38,616 bases of DNA from Armatimonadota bacterium (lineage in GTDB: Bacteria > Armatimonadota > UBA5829 > DTLH01). Positions 28,240 through 37,800 of this stretch are shown here, in pieces. The notes below the pieces were generated by a model. The model saw only the letters and a program-made list of their open reading frames with translations, made no database searches and was not told the DNA's origin. Made by a program: the position numbers and the translations under genes. Positions within the stretch are counted from its first letter, which is position 1. Each line of letters starts with the position of its first letter. The stretch covers positions 1 to 38,616 of the forward strand of contig JBBRAE010000026.1 in the NCBI GenBank assembly GCA_038207085.1. The letters are read 5' to 3'.

Positions 28240-29238
28240 TCACACCTCAAAGTCAGATAGAGCGGAGTCGCCTGCTTTTCGTCCGTTATAGGACTCAAGC
28301 ATAGCTTTTGCCGTCTCCTGAATCTGGGTCCGCAGCTCAGCAGGCTCAAGCACCTCGGCTTCGGCGCCGAAACTGAGCACCCAAAAGCCGATCTCTTCAA
28401 GCCCCGCGACTGTTACGGAGAACAATACACCGCCGTCGGGCAAGTCTTCAAGCCGCTGGGTTGGATGACGCTTGGTTTCGCGTATCAACTGTGCGACTTT
28501 TGGTGAGAACTTCACCCGAACATTTTGCTCCTGATCTCCGACCCACAGCTCCCAACTCTTGGCATAAAAGTTGTCGATCGAAAAGTCATGGGGCAGTTGG
28601 AACGTCTCACCGGTCTGGTGAGCGGCCACCACTCGCATAAACTTGAGCTGTATCGTCCTGTTGTGAGACTTGGAATGCGCGATCACATACCAGTTGTGCC
28701 TTCTGAAAACGAATGCATACGGGTCGATGATCAGGTTCTTTGTCTCACCGCTGTGAAGCGACCGATAGGTGATGTTCACCCTGCGGTTTCGCTCGACCGC
28801 GTCCGCGAGGCATTTTGATACCTCCGGCTCCAGGTCGTCACCTGTAAAGTTCGGCGCGCTGATCGCGTGTTTCTTGAGCGACGCCTGCACAGACTCAACC
28901 GTGTCAGACATCAGCGCGTTTTCGATCTTCTGCCAGGCGCCAAGCGAATGCTCCACGAATGGCCCTTGTTTTTGCATAGCCCCGGCAGTAAGCGCAAGCC
29001 TTACGGCGAGCACTTCCTTGGGTGACAGATCAAGGCGACTGCCGATGGGACGTTCAGCGAGGTAGTAACCTCCATGATCACAATACACCGGGATGTGTAG
29101 CTCAGCAGAAAGCGACTCAAGGTATCTGTAGACAGTTCTCTGGGATCGGCCAAGGCAATCCGCAAGCTGTGCAATACTCAAGCCCGGTCGCTCCCGCAGC
29201 ACATCCATCATCTGCAGAAGCAGTATAGACTTAACCAT
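28240..29238 (-). CDS. HTH-WYL-WCX transcriptional regulator (PafB/YafY-like)
   Basis: N-terminal HTH (LADCLGRSQRTVYRYLESL), I.Y.S...IDPY....NWYV, WCX (WVLSFGAEAEVLEPAELR); GGAGGAG RBS. Confidence 0.93.
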   Translation of the reverse strand: MVKSILLLQMMDVLRERPGLSIAQLADCLGRSQRTVYRYLESLSAELHIPVYCDHGGYYLAERPIGSRLDLSPKEVLAVRLALTAGAMQKQGPFVEHSLGAWQKIENALMSDTVESVQASLKKHAISAPNFTGDDLEPEVSKCLADAVERNRRVNITYRSLHSGETKNLIIDPYAFVFRRHNWYVIAHSKSHNRTIQLKFMRVVAAHQTGETFQLPHDFSIDNFYAKSWELWVGDQEQNVRVKFSPKVAQLIRETKRHPTQRLEDLPDGGVLFSVTVAGLEEIGFWVLSFGAEAEVLEPAELRTQIQETAKAMLESYNGRKAGDSALSDFEV

Positions 29239-29258
29239 TTACTCCTCCGAATTTACTC

Positions 29259-29350
29259 CTAGTGGGTCGATTGCCATGCATTACGCCATTTGGGATTCGG
29301 GAATCCCGTCTTAGCTTGGGGGTGGCGATTCGGAAATCTCCACCCAACAA
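29259..29350 (-). repeat. Dispersed palindromic repeat family B, longer copy
   Basis: Two hairpins (GGGTGG.GATTTCCGAATC.CCACCC and GGGATTCCCGAATCCC) plus a tail shared with 4520-4578. Confidence 0.85.
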
Positions 29351-29799
29351 CGGCTGATTTCATGCCAAGTGACCCACCAGTGCCGGATAAACTTGATTCT
29401 TGTGCATTGGCAACTGCTGCTACGAAGCATCGCACGCGGCAGATACCAATGGGCAAACCACATTATTCAAGTTAAGCGTGCACTAATTGGTAATTCGGAG
29501 TAGCCCGTTCGGATTCCTCCCTGCTTTTCCGATTATTCGACAAATTTTCATCAGGGGAGTGCCGCATGTGGAGAGAAATGGTACCGGAGGCTGATAGCTT
29601 GGCCCCTACTGACATGTTCTGACATCCAAGTTGTTGACGATATGGTGAACAGGGTGCACATTAGCGGAAATTACTGTCGCTTCTAAGGGACACATTTATG
29701 ATTCCAATTAGTGAGGGTATTACTTCTGGCCGCAACAAATAAATAAACCCCTGCGCTGCCGGAGGACATCGCATGGGCTCGCCCATGGAATGCGCCGGG

Positions 29800-30402
29800 C
29801 TAGACTTCAAAATGGCTTGCACCCCAAATACGTCTGGTTCCAATGAGTCCAATCAGCCCTGCCGAGATGGCTAGTCCGCATTATTCACGAGTAGCGTGAA
29901 TAATGCTCTGTTAGCGAAAGCTTTATTCGCTTCACGAATAAAGCGGGCTAGCAGGCTGCCAGGTTCCGGGACATTGGGTGTGTTTGGTGGAGTGGTGGTG
30001 GTCGCGTGGTCGAACCAGGTCTGACAGAGTCGACGTGAACTTGAATGTCACGCTGCCACCGGGCGCAATCGCTGGTGGAGTGTAGTATTTGCTGTTGGCG
30101 CTGCCGATTCCGAACGTGCTCCAGTGCCCATCGCTCCACGACCAGCCCTGAGGCATTGTAAGAATCTGTTCGGGGGTCGGCAGGTTGAACGGCTGAAGCG
30201 TCCATACGAGGACATCATAGCCTGTGGTATTGTCGCCCACAGTTCCCGAGGTGTTTGTGAGCACAATCGTGTAGTCGTTTCCGACTCTCGAAAATATAGC
30301 CGACGTAATTCCGCTTGTCAGCCCGGATTGCCATGACTGCCCGAAAGCTGATCCAGCCAGAAGAGAAAACAGCAGGAAAATTATCGTCGTTGTTCGTTTC
30401 AT
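29800..30402 (-). pseudogene. PEP-CTERM sorting-domain protein, disrupted
   Basis: Signal peptide MKRTTTIIFLLFSLLAGSAFG; frameshift near 30023; VPEPGSLLA is split from ISAGLIGLIGTRR by a 77-bp insertion at CTAG. Confidence 0.88.
29871..29951. mobile_element. 73-bp double-hairpin miniature element, copy C, CTAG-flanked, inside the PEP-CTERM gene
   Basis: Removing the element plus one CTAG restores an in-frame PEP-CTERM signal. Confidence 0.93.
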
Positions 30403-30610
30403 TAATTGCTCCGTTCGTTTTCCGGCGGATAGCCGCAGTATAGTGTAAGTAAGTTTGATCCCACTGTCATTGCGGCAAGTATCGTCTCTGAAACCCATCA
30501 AGTTGCACAAATATAGTAATTTTGCTTAAGAAAATCAGGTATAACAGCCAGTCCTAATGTCGGTCTTTCTCGTGCAACCGATCAGCTTTCGGTGCTATAA
30601 TCATGCTTTG

Positions 30611-30651
30611 CTAGCGAGAGCTTTATTCGCTTCACGAATAAAGCGGGCTAG
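30611..30651. mobile_element. 33-bp single-hairpin unit of the miniature element, copy D, CTAG-flanked
   Basis: CTAG-CGAGAGCTTTATTCGCTTCACGAATAAAGCGGG-CTAG equals the right half of copies A-C. Confidence 0.82.
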
Positions 30652-30680
30652 TGCCGGATGAACTTGAATCTGACGTTTGA

Positions 30681-30750
30681 CATCGAAGCCTCTGCACGCT
30701 TCTGTGACGTTGCGAGATATCGGCCAAATCCAGATCAAGCGTGCACTCGC
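30681..30750 (+). repeat. Dispersed repeat family C, copy 2
   Basis: CATCGAAGCCTCTGCACGC-N39-GCGTGCACTCGC. Confidence 0.8.
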
Positions 30751-30779
30751 CGCACTTGCCCAGTTAGAAAGGACCTACC

Positions 30780-32810
30780 TTGAGCAGGATAGACCCTTGG
30801 AACCTAAGACAGATTCACCTCGACTTTCACACGCCGGGGTTTGTGCCGGTCGCTGACCAGTTCAGCGCCAAAGCATTTTTCGACACCTTGGAAGCCGCGC
30901 GCGTCAACTCGATCAGCTTTTTCGCGAAGTGCCACCACGGCTATTCCTATTTCAAAAGCGAGATCGGGACCCCTCACCCGGGGATGACGACGCGCGACCT
31001 CTTCGGAGAGGCCGCAGCTGAGGCCCAGCAGCGGGGAATGGGTTTCCTCGCCTACTTCAGCTTAAACGTCGACGAAGTGGTCGCCGAGGCGCACCCGGAG
31101 TGGGTCGCCCAGTTCAAAGACGGCACGCCGGTCGACAGCCAGGTGCTGCAGGACGGCTCGGAGCTCTACTGGAGATGGCTTTGTCCGAACAAGGGCGGGT
31201 ACCTCGACGAGTTCTTCTTTCCCCACGTTGAAGAATGCCTGAAGAATTATCCGATGGACGGCATATTCATCGATATGGCGGGGTACCTCCCAGGCAGCTG
31301 CTTTTGCGAGGCATGCGTCTCGGCGATGCGCGCGGAGGGCCTTGACCCCGACAACTCGATCGACCACAACAAGTTTAACTCAGCCAACATGCAGGCCTTC
31401 GCCGGGAGGCTCCGAGAGGTCATGGACCGCCACAGGTCGGGGATGCGCCTTGAGATCGGCTGCTTCAACGCCTGGGGCGAAGCGAGGAAAGCCCTGGGGA
31501 CGATCTCCGAGTTCTACGTCGAGTCGCTTTCTTACCAGACGGGCTGGTTCAACTTTCCTGTGATGGGCCGCTACGTCTCCAACACGGGTGTCCCTGTGAC
31601 GGGTATGACGGGCAGGTTCCTCAAGAATTGGGGCGACTTTGGGACGGTGCTTTCCGCGCATCAGATGAAGCTTCAGGTCGGCCAGCATCTCTCCATCGGC
31701 GCAAGCTGCACCGTGGGCGACCACCTGCACCCCTCAGGTAGGCTTGAAAAGGCCGTGTACGACGTAGTCGGCCAGGCGTTCTCTCATGTGGAGCGGCTTC
31801 AGCCTTACTGTTCGGGTATGGAGCGCTCGCGCGAGGTTGCGATATTGATCCCCGAGGGGATAGAGTCAAACACCGCCGTCGGAACCGAAAAAGTCGGGGC
31901 GATCGACGTCTGGGACTGTGTCTACGGCGCGGGCAAGCTCTTTATGGAGGAACACCTGCAGTGGGACGTGCTAGACCCCAGCATGTCGCTCCACGGCCTC
32001 ACCGCCGCAGTCTTGATTCATCCCTATTTGACGACCGAATATATAGATAAGCTTGAGGTGTTTGTAACCGGTGGCGGCACGCTCATCGTCGACGCAAACG
32101 GCATCCTCGCGCCCGAGTCCATCGCGCAGAGATGGAACGAGTTTATCGGCGTGACCTCCGCGAAGATCAGCGAGCACCCCGGCTCGTTCTACCGAACGCT
32201 CGACCCAGCGATTGGGGCGGGGCTTCCCGATATGGCGAACTACGTGCACGCGCCGGGCGTCGAGATCGAATCCGCCGAGGGTTCCGAAGTCCTCGCAAGG
32301 GTAATAAACTCCCCCTGTGTGCGCTCCCGCGAGCACTTCTACGGCCACTTCCACGGGGCCGATATGGTAGAGGCGGGTCCTGCGATAACCTCAGTCACCC
32401 GAGGGGCGGGCAAGGTAATCGTGCTCTCGCAGGCGATCTTCGCCGCATACCTAAACACCGGCTACCACGCCCACCGGACGCTTCTTTCGAACATCCTAAG
32501 CGCCGCCATCCCTGACACGCTCATCAAGACCGACGCGCCGACGATTATGGAGATCACCGCAGGCAAAAAGGGTGGCCGCACCGTCCTGCAGTTCCTGAGC
32601 TTCATAGCCGACCGCCGCCACCGCTACTCGTTCGAGTCGATCAACGAGCCGATCCCGCAGAGCATAACGGTAGAGCTTCGCACCGACAAGCCCATAACGC
32701 GTCTGTTCGAGCCGATCTCGGGGCAGAAGATCACCTTCAGCGAGACGGCGACCGGTATCAAGTTTACTACCCCGCCGGTTGTGGGACATTTGATGATTCT
32801 TGTGGAATGA
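30780..32810 (+). CDS. GH151/GHL6-like glycoside hydrolase (putative alpha-L-fucosidase) with trimerisation-type domain
   Basis: RQIHLDFHT, FAKCHHGYSYF, DGIFID, VESL, GMTGRF..NWGDFG, VGDHLHPSG; TTG start after AAAGGA. Confidence 0.8.
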   Translation: MSRIDPWNLRQIHLDFHTPGFVPVADQFSAKAFFDTLEAARVNSISFFAKCHHGYSYFKSEIGTPHPGMTTRDLFGEAAAEAQQRGMGFLAYFSLNVDEVVAEAHPEWVAQFKDGTPVDSQVLQDGSELYWRWLCPNKGGYLDEFFFPHVEECLKNYPMDGIFIDMAGYLPGSCFCEACVSAMRAEGLDPDNSIDHNKFNSANMQAFAGRLREVMDRHRSGMRLEIGCFNAWGEARKALGTISEFYVESLSYQTGWFNFPVMGRYVSNTGVPVTGMTGRFLKNWGDFGTVLSAHQMKLQVGQHLSIGASCTVGDHLHPSGRLEKAVYDVVGQAFSHVERLQPYCSGMERSREVAILIPEGIESNTAVGTEKVGAIDVWDCVYGAGKLFMEEHLQWDVLDPSMSLHGLTAAVLIHPYLTTEYIDKLEVFVTGGGTLIVDANGILAPESIAQRWNEFIGVTSAKISEHPGSFYRTLDPAIGAGLPDMANYVHAPGVEIESAEGSEVLARVINSPCVRSREHFYGHFHGADMVEAGPAITSVTRGAGKVIVLSQAIFAAYLNTGYHAHRTLLSNILSAAIPDTLIKTDAPTIMEITAGKKGGRTVLQFLSFIADRRHRYSFESINEPIPQSITVELRTDKPITRLFEPISGQKITFSETATGIKFTTPPVVGHLMILVE

Positions 32811-32960
32811 GGCTGTATGTTGGCTACGACTTGACGCGTTTTCGAGGTGAAGATCAATCAATATAGTTGTCGCAGCAGATATCTGTGCCTAAAGAAGGAG
32901 TCGCTAACTGACGATTATATTTAATGGGTATGGGTACGGGTATACTGGTATTGTTCAGTG

Positions 32961-32990
32961 TTGACTATTCCCCATTTGCTTTGGTATAGT
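32961..32990 (+). promoter_or_regulatory. Sigma70-type promoter of the three-gene module
   Basis: TTGACT-N18-TATAGT with extended -10 TG. Confidence 0.6.
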
Positions 32991-33027
32991 GAGCCTTAAT
33001 GTCATTGAACAACGGGATGTTAGCGCA

Positions 33028-33657
33028 GTGAGTGCTTTTTCATTCAATCTAATACAGGCTAATATTGTGGTCTTGGCGGATTCGTTTAACCCCAGTATTG
33101 CCACGAAGGATTGGTTACGGGACAATCTCATTCACGAAGAGCCTCCTGTATTTATCAACACGCCTCTTGTGTCCGTGTTTGAGACACCTGAGGTGCATTT
33201 ATTGATAGATCAGTCCCGCCTGCAACTGACATTCAAGATTCTTGATTCAAACGTAATGCAGAAATGGGTTAAGCTGGTTGCATATTATGTTGAACTTCTT
33301 CCACACACACCATACAAGGCCGTGGGTTTCAATTTCGTGTGGGAGGTGATTCCGCCGACATTGCAGTCTGGCACTGTTACCTGCTACGATAGGTGCTCGT
33401 GTGGGGAAACGAACTGGGAAAGTGTTTTTGACGAATATTCCAGTGAGCCGAATGTTCTCGGGCGTCGTGGTGAAGCAGTGATCAGACTGGGAGTCGAGCC
33501 ATCACTTGATATTGGCAATTCTAGGATAACCACTGTGAACTTTCACTATAATTATCAGAATGCGGAACGCATATCTGAGGCCATCGGGGGCTTACTTGAT
33601 GCTGTTTCAGATTCACGTAATTTCGTAACAGCGATTTTTCCGGAGAATGTGGAATGA
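33028..33657 (+). CDS. Hypothetical protein, TIGR04255-like (module gene 1)
   Basis: Motifs IVV...FNPSI...WL and LPHTPYKAVGFNF. The track start at 32989 overlaps the -10 box, so GTG at 33028 is preferred. Confidence 0.65.
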   Translation: MSAFSFNLIQANIVVLADSFNPSIATKDWLRDNLIHEEPPVFINTPLVSVFETPEVHLLIDQSRLQLTFKILDSNVMQKWVKLVAYYVELLPHTPYKAVGFNFVWEVIPPTLQSGTVTCYDRCSCGETNWESVFDEYSSEPNVLGRRGEAVIRLGVEPSLDIGNSRITTVNFHYNYQNAERISEAIGGLLDAVSDSRNFVTAIFPENVE

Positions 33658-34175
33658 TTTCAACTCCTGCAGGAGCGTCGCTAACGGCTGATATGATCAC
33701 AGAGATAAGAAAAGCAGAGACAGCGGCTTTGGTGCGTCGCATTGATACCGGCATAGATCCCTGTGGAGGGTATCCGAACTTCTCCGTTCACGAAGAGCCA
33801 TACTGGCAGAGTACGCGTGGGTGCCATTACTCCAATAGCGCAAGGTTGCTGGATCAACTGAGCGTTTATGGCGGCACTGCTCTTTCTGAGGTTCACGAAT
33901 CTACAGGAATGGTGACTACTACATCAAAAAGTAGTTCGGAGGAGTGTACTGTGGGTACCGCTAGTCTTGGGCCGGCATCAGTGGTTTCTTCAGGTGAAGT
34001 TGGGGCAGGTGGGGGTGGTTCTCTGGAAATTTTTGACGGTGCTGAGACAGAGATATTGGATTGGGATGCTTACTTGGCTGCTTCGCCAGTGTTGCGTACG
34101 AGGCAGGTAAAGGCGAAATTACGGAAAATTGTGGCTCCAAAACCTCTACCGATAGATGACGTGGCGGCGTGGTAG
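33654..34175 (+). CDS. Hypothetical protein with Ser/Thr/Gly-rich low-complexity middle (module gene 2)
   Basis: ATGA overlap with gene 1; fills the gap to gene 3; true start uncertain. Confidence 0.6.
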   Translation: MISTPAGASLTADMITEIRKAETAALVRRIDTGIDPCGGYPNFSVHEEPYWQSTRGCHYSNSARLLDQLSVYGGTALSEVHESTGMVTTTSKSSSEECTVGTASLGPASVVSSGEVGAGGGGSLEIFDGAETEILDWDAYLAASPVLRTRQVKAKLRKIVAPKPLPIDDVAAW

Positions 34176-34182
34176 GCAGTGG

Positions 34183-34719
34183 ATGAGTGATAAGGATTAT
34201 CCGTGGTATATCTCCGTTGAGGGGGATGAGATACGACAAGGTGATATATTGCTTGAGTGTCCTCTGATCTTTCCTCCCAATAATCTAGCTTGCGATTCTC
34301 TGGATGAGATTGAGTTGGATGTTGCTTATCTTGACGTGATCGTAGTCTCGCAGAGTTGCGATCTTGTTAAAGGGCGAGAAAAGCTGGAGTATGTTTTGCT
34401 TTGCTCGCTGACCCCTCTATCTGCTCACAAACAAGGCGAACTCTCCACTCCCAAGGGGAGAGAGAATGCCAGGCGAGGTTATCTGCCCGGAGTGCATATG
34501 TTGAATTCATGCCAAGCATCTGACATGGAGCGGGAAATATCAATTGTAGATTTTAGGCGTATCTACAGTTTACCGATAGGTCTGATACGAGAAGTTGCTT
34601 CCAAGGCAGGACCGCGATTGCGTTTGCTTCCGCCATATCGGGAGCATATGTCTCAGTCACTAGCTCGGTATTTTATGCGAGTTGGTTTGCCAGCTGATAT
34701 CCAACCTTTTGGCTCATAG
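34183..34719 (+). CDS. Hypothetical protein with QGDIL / SQSCDL motifs, possible MazF/PemK-like fold (module gene 3)
   Basis: RQGDIL, VIVVSQSCDL, VLLC.L.P, IVDFRRIYSLP, LLPPYREHMSQSLARYFMRVGLP; ATG 7 nt after the gene 2 stop. Confidence 0.7.
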   Translation: MSDKDYPWYISVEGDEIRQGDILLECPLIFPPNNLACDSLDEIELDVAYLDVIVVSQSCDLVKGREKLEYVLLCSLTPLSAHKQGELSTPKGRENARRGYLPGVHMLNSCQASDMEREISIVDFRRIYSLPIGLIREVASKAGPRLRLLPPYREHMSQSLARYFMRVGLPADIQPFGS

Positions 34720-34743
34720 GCAGATTTACAACATTTCACCTGT

Positions 34744-34772
34744 TTGACTGTAACTCCGCTCAGTAGTAGAAT
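34744..34772 (+). promoter_or_regulatory. Sigma70-type promoter of mfd
   Basis: TTGACT-N17-TAGAAT. Confidence 0.7.
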
Positions 34773-34890
34773 ATAGTCGTCCTCGAACTTTGGGGATGAT
34801 AGCTAAGAACGCATATTTCAGGGTTTTGGCACCACCTCTATGGCCCGCCAAAGCCCTTTTCGGCGTTGTACGCCCTTTTACGAGGAAAAA

Positions 34891-37800
34891 ATGTACCTGT
34901 CGGCTCTGCCCAAACTAAATAGCGAACTAGGCCAAATGCGCGAGGCGCTTGCGGCGATCTCCAAGAAGGCCGGGAAGTTCCATCTCGACGGGCTTACGGG
35001 GACGGCCAAGTCGTTCTTTCTCGCGGGACTGCTGCGGGAGTCGGGCCGTTCCGGGCTTGTCGTCACCTATTCAAGCGAACAGGCCGATCGAATCGCCGAG
35101 GATCTCTGCCAGTTCGGGTTTGCCGACGACGAGGTATTTGTCCTGCCCCCATCCGACGCTATCATATATGAGGAAGGCGCACCGGATTTCAGAGTCGTCG
35201 GGCAGAGGCTTGCGGCGATGGACGCGCTCCTTTCGGGCAAACCCGTAGTTGTCGTCGCCCCCGTAAACGGCGCGCTGCGGCTCACCATGCCCCGAAACAC
35301 CCTTGAGCCAAGCAAATTGACGATCGAGGTCGGGCATACGCTCGACACCGACGACTTCGCCCGCACACTGGTCGCGCTCGGCTACGAACGCACCGAAATC
35401 TGCGAGGTGCACGGCGAGTTCAGCCTGCGCGGCGGGATTATCGACGTTTACCCATCAAGCGAGGACGAGCCGGTCAGAATCGACATGTTCGGCGACGAGA
35501 TCGAGAGCATCCGCACTTTCGATTCCAACTCACAGCGCTCTCACGGGCACAATAAAAGCGTCAAAATTCTTCCAGCACGAGAGGTGATCCTCACAACTGA
35601 GCGCGCACAAGCCGCCGAGCCGATACTCCGAGCCGAAATGGCCGATCAAGTCGCGGGAATGCGCGAAGCCGGTCAGGATGAGGAAGCCGAAAAGCTTTCG
35701 GACAAGATCGAGAGCGATATCTCAAGGATTCTCGACCTCGTCTACTTTGACGGCATCGAAGAGTACCTGCCGTATCTGCACCCGGAGGGAAGCAGCATCC
35801 TCGACTATCTCCCGGCCTCGGCAATCGTCGTAGTCGACGAGCCGCTGCAGATCGAGGGCCACTGGAACGAACTTCAGGAGGAGATGATCGAGGTCTTGGT
35901 CAACCGCGCCAAGCGTGGGCTTCTCCTTGCTTCAACACGCAAACAGCACGTCGATCTCGATGCGGCGATGAAGCGGATCGAACGCAACTGGTCGGCGCTC
36001 TACCTCACTACGCTTGACCGGGCGATCCCCTACGCCGAGGGCGCGCCCAAGGCCCACATCGAATCTTCCTCTATGGAGAGCTTTTCGGGCCGCTTCGACG
36101 CGCTAGTGGAGCAGGTCAAGACCTGGACCGTGAACCAGTCCCGGGTCGTCATCGCCTCAAACCAGCGCGAGCGCCTGATCGAGCTCTTGATCGAGCACGA
36201 CGTCTCTACCCGCTCAACCGAAGAGCTCGAAACAGGAGCGCCGGTAGGCGTCTACGTCGCGGGCTCGAACCTGCGCACTGGCTTTAAGCTCCCTGAGATC
36301 GGGCTTATGGTGCTCTCAGACGCCGAGGTTTTCGGTGTCACCCGCACCCGCAGACCCAGGCGCGTCTCAAAAGAGGGCGTGCCGATCTCTACCATACTTG
36401 ACTTGAAAGAAGGCGACTACGTCGTCCACGTCTCACACGGGATCGGCCTCTTCCGTGGTATTGAGCGCCTCGAAACCAACGGTGTCGCGCGCGACTACCT
36501 CTGGCTCGAGTACTCAGGCGGCGACCGGATATTTGTCCCGACAGAGCAGATCGACCGCGTCCAAAAGTATATCGGCAGCGAAGGCAACGCGCCAAGCGTC
36601 CACAAGCTCGGTGGGGGCGAATGGCTGCGCACGACCAAACGGGTTAAAGCCTCGGTCCGCGAGATGGCAAAGGACCTGATCGAGCTCTACGCCTGGCGCG
36701 AGTCGATCACCGGCCACGCCTATAACGAGGACACCCCCTGGCAGCAGGAGATGGAATCGGCGTTTCCCTTTGAAGAGACCCCCGACCAGCTTCAGGCGAT
36801 CGAAGAGATTAAGGGCGACCTCGAAAAGCCCAAGCCCATGGACCGTCTGCTCTGCGGCGATGTCGGCTACGGCAAGACCGAGGTCGCAATCCGCGCCGCG
36901 TTCAAAGTGGTGAGCGACGGCAAGCAGGTCGCCGTGCTTGCGCCGACCACGGTCCTTGCCCAGCAGCACTTGAACACCTTCAGGGAGCGCCTCGGCGCGT
37001 TCCCGATTGAGGTCGACATGCTCAGCCGCTTCAAGAGCCGCAAGGAGCAAAAGCAGGTGATCGAGGGGGTTAAGCTCGGCACGGTAGATATCGTCGTCGG
37101 CACTCACAGGCTGCTCTCAAAAGATATCGAGTTCAAAGATTTGGGACTGATCATAGTCGACGAGGAGCAGCGCTTCGGCGTCGGCCACAAGGAGAAGCTG
37201 AAGCAGCTCAAGAAAACAGTCGACGCGCTCACGATGACCGCGACCCCGATCCCGCGCACGCTTCACATGTCGCTCGCGGGGATACGCGACATGAGCGTGA
37301 TCAACGACCCGCCCAACGGGCGCACCCCTATCAAGACGTTTGTCAAAGAATACGACGACGAGATCGTCCGCGAGGCGATCGTCCGCGAGCTCGACCGCGG
37401 CGGGCAGATATATTTCATCCACAACAGGGTGGAAAACATCGCCCACATCGCAGCGCATGTCGCCAAACTCGTCCCGCACGCCCGCGTCGAGATAGGCCAC
37501 GGCCAGATGTCCGACGACGACCTCGAGCGGGTGATGGTCGAGTTCTACGACCGGCAGTTTGATGTGCTGGTCTGCACGACGATCGTTGAAAGCGGCCTTG
37601 ATATCCCAAACGTCAACACGATCATCATCAACAACGCCGACAAGATGGGCCTCGCCCAGCTCTACCAGCTCAGGGGAAGAGTAGGGCGCGCCGACCGCCA
37701 GGCCTACGCATATCTTATGTACAGGCGAGACGAGGCCTTGACTGAAATCGCCGAAAAGCGGCTTGAAGCGATCCGCGAGTTCACCGATCTCGGCTCAGGC

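Noticed and set aside
29566..29622. 18-codon ORF (MWREMVPEADSLAPTDMF) after AGGGGAG
   Set aside because: Too short, with no supporting similarity or context.
29932..30510. 192-aa ORF as an intact gene
   Set aside because: The start is better placed at 30402, and the C-terminus is out-of-frame read-through ending inside the inserted element.
4575..30651. Hairpin repeats as a CRISPR array or integron attC sites
   Set aside because: Copies are dispersed over 26 kb with no regular repeat-spacer period, no cas or intI genes, and no RYYYAAC/GTTRRRY boxes.
32925..32951. Short GGGTAY tandem upstream of the three-gene module
   Set aside because: Only 3-4 imperfect units and no matching copy at the other end of the module, so it cannot be called an att site or operator.
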